Below, piece by piece: positions 37,501-45,711 of a DNA stretch of 64,000 nt. A program made the position numbers and the translations under genes. This stretch comes from Puniceicoccales bacterium (GTDB taxonomy: Bacteria; Verrucomicrobiota; Verrucomicrobiia; Opitutales; JAIRLM01), in assembly GCA_031268795.1 (NCBI GenBank), contig JAIRWT010000008.1, positions 66,487 through 130,486 of the forward strand, written 5' to 3'. How positions within the stretch are numbered: the stretch's first letter is position 1; every line of letters starts with the position of its first letter. A model generated the notes under the pieces. The model searched no databases, had not been told where the DNA came from, and saw nothing but the letters and a program-made list of their open reading frames with translations.

Positions 37501-40500
37501 AGTTCAAATGAGGAACTTCCGGAAGTGGAAGCACTGCTAAACTGTTTTTTGCACTTTCGGCAAATGGACGACATGGAAAGCGCCATCTTGTCTGCGAAGG
37601 CCGTAGTTGCATTATGTGCAATTACGAACTTTTGCCATGTCAATATATGCAACATAATAGGCGATGATATCCAAAAAGATGATATCATCAAAGAACGCAA
37701 CGCTTTTTTTCTGGAAAAAAAAGATTTGCTATGCGAAATTTTGTCTTTAGCGAACGCCAGTCGGCGTTGTCTGCTTGATGTAACATGCCTCCGTGTATGT
37801 GAAAGCAGTATTAATAGAGTGCATCCAGGGATCTTTAAGCATTTTCGCGGAAGTGAATATTTATATGGGGCCGATAAGGAAGCTTTATCTCGCGAATTGG
37901 ATATGCCTTCGAAAGTCTCGAAGGTGGCAAAGCCAATGCATCTTCTTTTTTACAAGCCGCCACAACTTTCGTGGCGAAAGTCATTTTCATCCGTTGTTTA
38001 TAAAATGGATGCGCATGGAAATGCCATCGGCGAATTTGTGGAGGTTGGTGAGGAACTATTCAATTTTGCCGAATCCGGTGTGGCGGCCGTGGCGCGCATT
38101 GCTCCATGGGATGGGCATCGTGTTGACAACGATCATCAAACGCCAGATAGCGGAGATGGCACGGATGATAACCTTGGTTCAGGCAAAACGGCGCAGGCTG
38201 TAGCTGCTTTACGAAGGCGTAAACGAGACGAAACCGCACAATATGCGGATATCCGCTTTGGGAGTTTTCTCAATGCGAGTGGCCTCAAAATGGATGATGT
38301 TGCGCCGGATAAATTTCAAACGCTTTCTGAAGCCGAAAAAGATAATTTGCGTCAAAAATTAGAAGATGCCAAAAAATCAATTGCCGATAGTCGTCAGAAG
38401 ATTCGAGACCATATAGAGGCCACACGTGCGGCCATTGAGGAATCTTTTCAAATTTTGACTAACGAGGGAAGACAAAAATGTTTTTTAGGAAAATACAAAC
38501 CCCTTTCTGTTTATAAGCTAGTCAATTGCGCACTTAAATCGTTTAATCACAGAGGGCAATGTTTTAGTGTTAATGGCTTCGTTGCGGCGTGCGAGAATGA
38601 ATGCGGAATTCAATATTCGGCAAGTGACGCTAAACGGGTGCTGTGTGCGCTTGAAAGTTATATGTGTGGAAAAACGGCATTGGATGAGGTTGCGAGACGG
38701 GAAAATGCATTCGAAAATTTGCATACATATATGTTGCAAAACTTTATTGAAGCAGATGGCGGAAGTGCACTTGAGCTTCGCGAAAAATTTGGCGCCTTTG
38801 TGCAGGCCGTTAGTTGCGTGCGGGCTTATGATCCGGCAACGGAACAATTTTTCTTGCTTTTTGAATTCCTTTCTGGGCTGCGCATGCGGCAAGAGCAGGT
38901 TATTATTTTGCGAAAGATGTATAGCGCAATGCGCACTAAGGACGTTATAGCATTTGTGTATGAAATGATGATGGGTGCCGGGAAAACGTCTGTTGTAAAC
39001 GTGATGCTTGCGGAAATTCTTGCCAGCCTTGGCTCAATTCCAATATTTGTAAATCACCAATCTTTGCAGAAGACCATGACGCGAGATCTTATCAAATACA
39101 CAATGGATCGCTATGGAAAGGATGTAATCGAAATACAGCTAACACCGGCAACTCTTAGTGCCTCACGTCTCATCTTGGGCATTCTGGAAAAATTAGAACG
39201 TGCCAGTTTGGATGGCTCCTTCGTTTCCATGACAAATACGGATGCAAGACTTATTTGGGTCCAATTGCGTAAACTCGAGGCAACATATGCGGACAGGGTG
39301 CGAAATTCGCCCGCTGGTGCCGGGCTGAAGAAGCATAGTGTCATACGCTACTTTGATGATGGAGTTGAAACGATTGAATTTAGGGGTCCCAATGGAGAGC
39401 GTCTCACGAACGATAAAGCGGAATCTTTAGCGTATGAACTTGAGACTCAGGATCTCAACGAAGCCATTAAAAGCTTAAGAATATTATCGGACTATATTAA
39501 GACAAATTGTGCGATTATTAACGATGAAGCCCATGCAAATCTTGATCCAACTTTCTCACTTAATATTCCATTCGGCGGCAAAGAGGGCTTCACGGATTTG
39601 CAACGGCGGACACTTACATCCATTTTTAGCGTAATTCATGCTAATTCCGCACTTTTCGAAATTGTTGCAGGAGGCCTTGGTTTTGAGCCGGAGCACCTGA
39701 GAACTATCACAATAGGAGTATTTGCGGCCATGGGGATTGATGCAACAGATCCAGATTATGATACATGCTTACAGTATATATTATTTGATGAGAATAATCC
39801 ACCGGATGACGCTGAACAATTTCGTGCCCAATGGGACAATATCCGAGAACGACTGGCTACCAGTAACCCGGAATTACTCGAAAGACTTGCCCTGCTGCGC
39901 GGAGAGCTTGGCGTGCTTAGGTTCGCATCGCGTAACGCATTGAACGGAAATTATGGATTTCGCATGGATGATTGCCGCCATACAAATGCCCCAAGAATTG
40001 GTAGTGATAATAGTAGCAAATCAAAAACGATGACTTGGAAATTGGGAGATAGAATTCCAAGAGTTGTTCCATATGTTGCGGCTAATACTCCATCAACGGG
40101 AGAGTATGCCCACCCGCTTGAGCGGGTAACCTATACCATGTTTGCCCACATGTTAGTACCCGTTCCGGAAAATGGGAATGATCCGGGACCCTTTGCGACT
40201 GAAATTAATCTCTTCATTCAATATGTATTGGGGCATCCAAAATCAGGTGCGGCAATGCATTTGGCGAAAAAATTTGGAAAAGGCGTATGGGATGAGCTTG
40301 TTACGAATAGTGTGGATATGGGAAAGCGGGATGCTGTTTTTCGCGAGATTTTCGATAGGACCAGAAGATTACTTATGGACCCGGAGGAGCGCACCGAATG
40401 TACCATATGGATAGTTGACAATAATGTGAAAACCTATCCTGGCATGATCGAAGGAACTGCATTCTTACAAGGAAATATATCAGGTTTTAATTTTGGATGT

Positions 40501-43500
40501 TCCGGTACACTTTGGAATTGTGATGCATTTGCTCACCCGTTTCGGACGGGAGAGAAGCATTTGGATGAAAGCATACTGCCACGCGTGGCCAGTAAAGCAA
40601 TCGAAGATGTACAATCTGGTTCCGCTTCCATTAGGCAACTGCGACCCGGGGGAGATCAATTAGGTAAGCTTTTAACGGAAGTAACGGAAAATCATTGTGC
40701 ATTCATAGATGTGGCTGGTGTCCTGAAGGATTACAGTGGTTTAGCCGTTGTAAGAGGTTTGCAAAAATTTCATACGGATAAAGGTATCACGCGGTATGAG
40801 GCATATGCGTTTTATGCGCCGGCGGGTGAGGTCGGCGAAGAAGAAGGTTGGTATCTTCTTTTGGCGAGCGGTGAAATAAAATTTTTACCAAATAATAGCC
40901 CGGATACAATTGCATTGATTGCCGGTGGTTGCACGAGAGAAGGACTTTTCGTTTACTTCGATCAAAGTCATTGTGTTGGTGTCGATTTTCAACTTCCCCG
41001 GCAGGGAAAGGCAACGATAACAATGCACCCGGATAAAACGAATCTTCACGCTGCCTTGCAAGGAATATTGCGAATGCGCGGATTTTTTACGACGCAAAGC
41101 GTAGATATACTCATATGCAGTAGCGACAGAACTTTTAACGGGATTTGTGAGTTATTTGATCGCCTCTCCGACAATGAACAAGCCATACTAAATATGCATC
41201 GCATGCATAATTATCGGATGGAGCTAATGGAGGCCGCCCAAAGAATTATGGAAGAGAAAGCCGCTAGGTTTTTCCGAATATTTAGATTTTTTATTGAACA
41301 TTGCCATACATGGTTCGGTTTTAGGTGGTTTTACCAACATTATTTATGGCTTTTGCAGGGCTGTGCGGAGCTTGCTATTACCAAAGCGCCGTTCAATCCA
41401 GTTGCATGGTATGGTCCACTGGCGGTGAGTGTTGATGCGGCGCATCATATAGGGAAGCAAAGGTGTTCCATCGCAGAAATATTGCGGCCATTTGGGGAAG
41501 ATGTGCAATTTCTTAGAAGAACCGCACAAATGTTTTCATGCATGTGCGAAGCGGTGAGCGGTACTTGCGTCCGCGCCATATGTTACGAAGGCCATGAAAA
41601 AGATTCGAAGCAAGTTGCTACGCAAACGGAAATTCAGGTGCAAGCGGAAACCGAAGCAGCGATGGAGCTAGAAATGACGGTTCCCAAGAGAAATCGAGGT
41701 GAATTTCGAAAAGAGACTGGAATACGCCATGCGACGCGAGAAAATCCCTTTGCGTGGCAGTTATTTGCAATGAAAGGTGCCGTCGAATTTCAACCAGGCC
41801 CTGAAGATACACAAACGGGTGATATCATCAAAGCAGCGGTAACGCCTCAGACAACCCGTGAAATGCTTCAGGAAAGAGTTCCAAGCTATAAAATGCCAGG
41901 AGCCATCACTTGTATGCAACGCCAGCTTACAGATGATGTTTTTAATGAGTTATTTCGGGCGGCAATGCTTGCGCATATGCCATTGTCTATTTTCGAGAAA
42001 AACTTATGCAATTTTGCAAAGAAACTCAACGCCATTTATAGCACGGCAGAGCTGCGTAAGGAGGAGCAAAATCCCGCAGAAAAACACATTACGCTTCCGT
42101 TGTTTGCGGACTCATATTCGGAGCATGTCAACAGAACTTTTGCCCACGAAACCGTGCATAAAATTTACAAATGTATCCGTAAATTCGAGCATGAATTCGA
42201 TGAATTGTGTGCAGGGACGAATAAATATAAAAAACAGAGGAAGGAAGGGCAACGGTTTGTCAATATGCCAACGCTTGTGGATCTGCTCAAAGATGATCTT
42301 TATAGGGAGATCTTAAAAGATGAAATCTCAAATGATGATAGCGAGCATGACATATTGGAAAAAGTGTTGTTTCCGGTTGTCCGTATTTTCGCAGAAAATG
42401 GCAAAAATGTGAAGCTAGATACATTGTTTGACGTTCTAGTGGTTGTGTTTAAAGAAGAAATTGGAGAGTCTGAAAAACAGGCAATTATGGCACTGGTTGA
42501 TACTGTCTGTGAAAATTTTATTAGTGAGTATTGTTCTGGTGCGAAAACAATTTGTTTGGTTTTAAAGGCCTTATTTAACTTACTTCTGCCACCGCAACCG
42601 GATAATGCGCCGGGAAACCTTGCTAAGTTAGCACTTATCGCTACAAACGGCGCTTTTTATACGGATTCTCAGGAAGTAGCGACTTTGTGCAATATGATAT
42701 TTGGCAGTCAATTTAGTCCAGGCAATCAATACAATGTTGAGAATGCGCTGCGGCTAATAACCTGTAATGGTCTACTTAGCGAAGCCCGTTTGCAGATGTT
42801 GCCAATTAAAGCTGTTAGGGATTCGGTTGAAGCGTTACTTAAAGAAACACAACGGCAGATTGTAAAACTTGGCGGAAAAACATTCGATACGTTGAAAATT
42901 TATGATGGAGAGCATGTCAAAAACGCTATCGCCGGTATACGCTCCGTCAATTCATGGCTGCAAGAATATTGGCCGGAATTGCCCGGAGTTTTCCCTCAAA
43001 CTTTTTTCGCCTCAGATAATTTTACCCACGCATTTACCGGTGACAACGACCCAGTGTCGATGGACGCACGTCATGCCCAGTATATACTCATCTGTAGAGA
43101 TTCTCGTGGGGAGTTTCAGCGTATTTTCGTAACTCCACAAGAAGCGAAAGATTTCGGGAAATTGATTGAGTCAGGAGATTTGGTTGATGCGCACATTTAT
43201 ACCGCACACGGTGATAGGGTGCCTTACAGATGGCCGTGTGAGCCTGAGGAAAATCCCGAAACCGATCCGGATTGGGGTGGTACGCTAAAGCAGGCAAATG
43301 AGCAGGCAAAAGAAGCTGTACTTTTTGTGCAGCTTTTTAATGGAACACTTACGCCGGAAGTTTTTCAAAGAAATCCAAAATTAATTCCTCGGTATAACAG
43401 CTTGATGCGCGGTCATGGCGGCTTCATTTCGGTTGTGGAAAAATGCGCGGAAAAAACGCGCCAGGATACATCTTGGATGTCATTTCCTGTCCAAATTTCT

Positions 43501-43557
43501 AAAAAGTGCAGAAGACGAAGGGGGGTGGGCGGCGCCAAAAAAGATGCCGCTGCATAG
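34510..43557 (+). CDS. giant protein (3,015 aa) with central DUF3638/DUF3645-type P-loop/DEAH ATPase module
   Basis: One uninterrupted 9,048-nt ORF. Motifs: hydrophobic helix at aa ~143-168; LLFEFLSGLRMRQEQ...MMMGAGKTSVV (Walker A, ~38965-38991); IINDEAHANLD (~39517-39540); LFVYFDQSHCVGVDFQLP and LQGILRMRGF (40945-41086). The flanking ~1,400-aa N-terminal and ~750-aa C-terminal regions match nothing I recognise. Confidence 0.85.
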   Translation: MDAGITYTARVNAHLEHLAALSTYEVVSFVTHVELFFAYRARVAAAAAIYNIFAGALSALRDVTKGSLEDVELRANAIELLQQIGCGHTREDLDRMTLDELMEVRKQVLQSSADSYRQYVCAINNMRICIASSSQVPKSGNPVAIAFHICAWTFFGTVICYFVLSPVFNDFLGKTKSMGSALFEVAAMEPEKPFDLKPYCDFTHKHINADGITELQKAARSLVDRIQNDAISVKPSDHNAQNAFPVLAPAVDATPDEWAAFYDTCGCKFARREDIFTKAEDIPPLTECTANAIAQQLIDVPSRHYDYNGFKCMMCRILCLPSMDSEQMRHPTEDVRARVTGFIIACGAAATAVGDESVHHRLRGICDDLFFACNLSGLIPGHYIERRYKENHQELKFSQFRCSRFSPKVHHDMGGEASTQQEAIEQYPRYAFMQYVDDFDAYTRAIEDNFSVYAQDSEALHLISSCFHEHHGMHDRASSWMRGFVKRRMRHWEAVPNSNSLHQVCSALELLLVCGAESNSDIELPWDGLPNDLDEQISGWPRDASGRMGIMEQRLLLVWGVVKFRFGKPLTALERESLAVISIDPCNGIFPHMYNLPAQVDIPNQPVASVGCDIAADYRKNGLFHPDVFFCIPCVRNPFDNISKDRFEAFGLQIPPGVEIDWRNGVLLGRDGRTLKPSGENPEILMYFVNRFRGSQFSYCQEDFFGEKAFETRGTEVLVDGIVSIDMISGIARHRDAGEFVDLHMPRLSRKLVAFRKKNDAGKEVVRFFSLYNLNDEIFRMEDGELRSATNPEWTIAPCFADTSKKIGAALDIDMPPEAMVAFDEEGNVMEIIPTWQECVHATSDGNVRCGIPRFVRSETGEMEGRVDGAKKSWCLTCNEALNRSLPAERIPGKGLLICAGGRVLVSNDDCGGWDVDDILEGRRRFGREMGEWLSLSKDHDGAVQFDGRIWDHNTHWKIQNLCKIDFYNREKAMRQLRTVTSFCEISVEDHWTRNYPSSNEELPEVEALLNCFLHFRQMDDMESAILSAKAVVALCAITNFCHVNICNIIGDDIQKDDIIKERNAFFLEKKDLLCEILSLANASRRCLLDVTCLRVCESSINRVHPGIFKHFRGSEYLYGADKEALSRELDMPSKVSKVAKPMHLLFYKPPQLSWRKSFSSVVYKMDAHGNAIGEFVEVGEELFNFAESGVAAVARIAPWDGHRVDNDHQTPDSGDGTDDNLGSGKTAQAVAALRRRKRDETAQYADIRFGSFLNASGLKMDDVAPDKFQTLSEAEKDNLRQKLEDAKKSIADSRQKIRDHIEATRAAIEESFQILTNEGRQKCFLGKYKPLSVYKLVNCALKSFNHRGQCFSVNGFVAACENECGIQYSASDAKRVLCALESYMCGKTALDEVARRENAFENLHTYMLQNFIEADGGSALELREKFGAFVQAVSCVRAYDPATEQFFLLFEFLSGLRMRQEQVIILRKMYSAMRTKDVIAFVYEMMMGAGKTSVVNVMLAEILASLGSIPIFVNHQSLQKTMTRDLIKYTMDRYGKDVIEIQLTPATLSASRLILGILEKLERASLDGSFVSMTNTDARLIWVQLRKLEATYADRVRNSPAGAGLKKHSVIRYFDDGVETIEFRGPNGERLTNDKAESLAYELETQDLNEAIKSLRILSDYIKTNCAIINDEAHANLDPTFSLNIPFGGKEGFTDLQRRTLTSIFSVIHANSALFEIVAGGLGFEPEHLRTITIGVFAAMGIDATDPDYDTCLQYILFDENNPPDDAEQFRAQWDNIRERLATSNPELLERLALLRGELGVLRFASRNALNGNYGFRMDDCRHTNAPRIGSDNSSKSKTMTWKLGDRIPRVVPYVAANTPSTGEYAHPLERVTYTMFAHMLVPVPENGNDPGPFATEINLFIQYVLGHPKSGAAMHLAKKFGKGVWDELVTNSVDMGKRDAVFREIFDRTRRLLMDPEERTECTIWIVDNNVKTYPGMIEGTAFLQGNISGFNFGCSGTLWNCDAFAHPFRTGEKHLDESILPRVASKAIEDVQSGSASIRQLRPGGDQLGKLLTEVTENHCAFIDVAGVLKDYSGLAVVRGLQKFHTDKGITRYEAYAFYAPAGEVGEEEGWYLLLASGEIKFLPNNSPDTIALIAGGCTREGLFVYFDQSHCVGVDFQLPRQGKATITMHPDKTNLHAALQGILRMRGFFTTQSVDILICSSDRTFNGICELFDRLSDNEQAILNMHRMHNYRMELMEAAQRIMEEKAARFFRIFRFFIEHCHTWFGFRWFYQHYLWLLQGCAELAITKAPFNPVAWYGPLAVSVDAAHHIGKQRCSIAEILRPFGEDVQFLRRTAQMFSCMCEAVSGTCVRAICYEGHEKDSKQVATQTEIQVQAETEAAMELEMTVPKRNRGEFRKETGIRHATRENPFAWQLFAMKGAVEFQPGPEDTQTGDIIKAAVTPQTTREMLQERVPSYKMPGAITCMQRQLTDDVFNELFRAAMLAHMPLSIFEKNLCNFAKKLNAIYSTAELRKEEQNPAEKHITLPLFADSYSEHVNRTFAHETVHKIYKCIRKFEHEFDELCAGTNKYKKQRKEGQRFVNMPTLVDLLKDDLYREILKDEISNDDSEHDILEKVLFPVVRIFAENGKNVKLDTLFDVLVVVFKEEIGESEKQAIMALVDTVCENFISEYCSGAKTICLVLKALFNLLLPPQPDNAPGNLAKLALIATNGAFYTDSQEVATLCNMIFGSQFSPGNQYNVENALRLITCNGLLSEARLQMLPIKAVRDSVEALLKETQRQIVKLGGKTFDTLKIYDGEHVKNAIAGIRSVNSWLQEYWPELPGVFPQTFFASDNFTHAFTGDNDPVSMDARHAQYILICRDSRGEFQRIFVTPQEAKDFGKLIESGDLVDAHIYTAHGDRVPYRWPCEPEENPETDPDWGGTLKQANEQAKEAVLFVQLFNGTLTPEVFQRNPKLIPRYNSLMRGHGGFISVVEKCAEKTRQDTSWMSFPVQISKKCRRRRGVGGAKKDAAA

Positions 43558-43726
43558 AGAATTTCAATCGGCGATTGAAAAAATTAGTCGGCGAAGATTC
43601 CAAAAGCGGAGGAGAAGCTGATCGCCATCGATTTTTGGGCAAAAAAATTTCAACAACTTTTTTGCATGATTGGAAAAACAAACTTATATTAAAGGTGGAA
43701 GGGGTTTCCAGAGAAAAGGATATGTT

Positions 43727-44416
43727 ATGGCAGAGTTGACGGAAGAGCAGATGGAGATGATTGAGGAGATCGCCGATCAAGTGGCCGAAGAGGTAATTAA
43801 GGAGGAGCCGCCAAGTGGGCTTGAATCGCGGGAAAAGCTCAAGGAACGGCGCAGAATTGAAATTCAAAAGGTCTTAGTAGAAGGCGAACGTGTCGCCATG
43901 GATGGTGTGGATCTTTTTTTTAACAAAGATGAAAGAGGTGTGGCGAAGGAAATTTTTGGGCGCGTTCGCTCCGTGCTGCCAGGCCTGATGAATTTGCCGC
44001 CGGAAAAGCAAACATTGAAAGGTGTCCTCACCGAGGCCGACTATAAGGCACTCAACGCCATTGCCATGAAAAGCTATGAGGAGGGGGATTTTAAATCGGC
44101 GAGTTCCATGTTTTCAGTGATTGTTCGGTTATTTATCGAAGAAATTCAAATTCAGCCGTTCATCATGTTGGCGTTGTGCGAGTGGCAGACAAATGGCATA
44201 GAGGCGGCAACGAAAATTTATGAACTCTATATGCAAATGTTTGAGGATCCTCTGCTTTGTTACTACGCGGCCGACTGTTTTGCGAAGGCAAAGATGACCA
44301 ATGATGCGCGCAATGCCATCGATAAAGGTCTTGAATATATTCGCGCGGGGAAGGTTCTCGAAGGCCGCGATGAATTGGAAGGCGCGATGAATAAATTGAA
44401 AAGCGAATTACACTGA
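43727..44416 (+). CDS. SycD/LcrH-like (class II) type III secretion chaperone with acidic N-terminal extension
   Basis: The TPR pattern ...ALNAIAMKSYEEGDFKSASSMFSVIVRL...MLALCEWQTNGIEAATKIYELYMQMFEDPLLCYYAADCFAKAKMTNDARNAI... is colinear with SycD/LcrH (GLGACRQ...FHAAECLL.KGE). An AAGGA sits 6 nt before the ATG at 43727. Confidence 0.6.
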   Translation: MAELTEEQMEMIEEIADQVAEEVIKEEPPSGLESREKLKERRRIEIQKVLVEGERVAMDGVDLFFNKDERGVAKEIFGRVRSVLPGLMNLPPEKQTLKGVLTEADYKALNAIAMKSYEEGDFKSASSMFSVIVRLFIEEIQIQPFIMLALCEWQTNGIEAATKIYELYMQMFEDPLLCYYAADCFAKAKMTNDARNAIDKGLEYIRAGKVLEGRDELEGAMNKLKSELH

Positions 44417-44544
44417 TCCACTTAGTGATTAGATACGAATTGTTGGATCCATGGCATGGATTCATCTGGTGTTTTGAGCGCGCTTTGGCGCGCTAAATTT
44501 TTTTGCGGAGGGATACTTCCAACTGAAATTCCGGCCTTGATAAA

Positions 44545-45711
44545 GTGTGTCCAAAGTGTGGTGGTAGGCGCGATAAAATTATGGAAAGCCTCGATTGCAC
44601 TTTTCCCGTGGAAGGTCTTTTCCGAGCGGCTGGCGGAAATACGCCCGCACGCTTACTAGACCTATCCCGCAACGGCAAAATGACCGGTAATGATATTTTG
44701 ATTCCGCTGTCATTGGTGCAAAAGCTGCGACTGCGCACGGGGCAATATATTTCCGGAGAGGCAGCAAATGCTGGAAATCCCAATCAGAGGCGATTAGTGC
44801 GCATCAATGCAATTGATGGGTTGCCGATCGATCGGCGGCGATTTTGTATGCCATTCCAGCGGGCAACGACCACATCGCCTGAGAAAATGTTCCACTTGGA
44901 GACGGGAACTGCTCCGCTGTCTACGCGGATAATTGATTTTTTTGTGCCGATTGGACGCGGGCAAAGGTGCATGATCGTCGCACCGCCAAAAACGGGAAAA
45001 ACCATTTTATTGCAACAGATTGCCCGTGGAATTCTCCAAAATCATGGCGACTGTCATTTGATGGTGTTGCTTGTGGATGAGCGACCGGAGGAGGTTACGG
45101 ATTTTAAGCGCAATGCGCCGGTGGAAATCTTCGCCTCGTCCAATGATGAGGCAATTAAAACGCACATTGAAGTGGCCCAGTTGGCATTTGCGCGGGCGGA
45201 AAATCTAGTGGAAACCGGTCGACACGTGGTGCTACTTCTTGATTCGTTGACGCGTCTGGCACGGGCGATTAACAATAATTTGGGGCGCGGTGCTGGAAGG
45301 ACAATGACCGGCGGCCTTGATCCACAGGCATTGGAAAGGGCGCGGCAGTTTTTTTCTCTTGCTCGCAATACCGAAGAGATCGGAAGTTTAACCATCATTG
45401 CGACCGCACTCATCGAAACAGGAAGCCGTATGGATGAGGCAATTTTTCAAGAGTTGAAAGGTACGGGAAATTGTGAGATCATTCTTGATCGTAAGCTCGC
45501 CGAAAGACGCATTTTCCCAGCCATCAACATCCCTGCGTCCAGCACCCGCCGCGAGGAATTGCTCCTTGGTGCGAAAGAGCTTCAACTGAACCAATTGCTT
45601 AGGCGTTCATTCGTTGGGTTGTCGCCGGAGGATGCCATGGAAGGGTTGGTGAATCGTTTGAGCAAAACGGCAAGCAATCGCGAGTTCATGGATTTCATTG
45701 CAAAGCGTTGA
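44545..45711 (+). CDS. rho: transcription termination factor Rho
   Basis: Rho CSD-like RNA-binding region (ILIPLSLVQKLRLRTGQYISG), Walker A APPKTGKT, and the Q/R-loop region through ...RIFPAINIPASSTRREELL. The start is either the GTG at 44545 or the ATG at 44581. Confidence 0.9.
   Translation: MCPKCGGRRDKIMESLDCTFPVEGLFRAAGGNTPARLLDLSRNGKMTGNDILIPLSLVQKLRLRTGQYISGEAANAGNPNQRRLVRINAIDGLPIDRRRFCMPFQRATTTSPEKMFHLETGTAPLSTRIIDFFVPIGRGQRCMIVAPPKTGKTILLQQIARGILQNHGDCHLMVLLVDERPEEVTDFKRNAPVEIFASSNDEAIKTHIEVAQLAFARAENLVETGRHVVLLLDSLTRLARAINNNLGRGAGRTMTGGLDPQALERARQFFSLARNTEEIGSLTIIATALIETGSRMDEAIFQELKGTGNCEIILDRKLAERRIFPAINIPASSTRREELLLGAKELQLNQLLRRSFVGLSPEDAMEGLVNRLSKTASNREFMDFIAKR

Noticed and set aside
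38176-38190. Second Walker A-like GSGKT in the giant protein (..DDNLGSGKTAQ..)
   Set aside because: It lacks the upstream G/A of GxxxxGK[ST] and sits in a low-complexity acidic/basic linker, so it is probably fortuitous.
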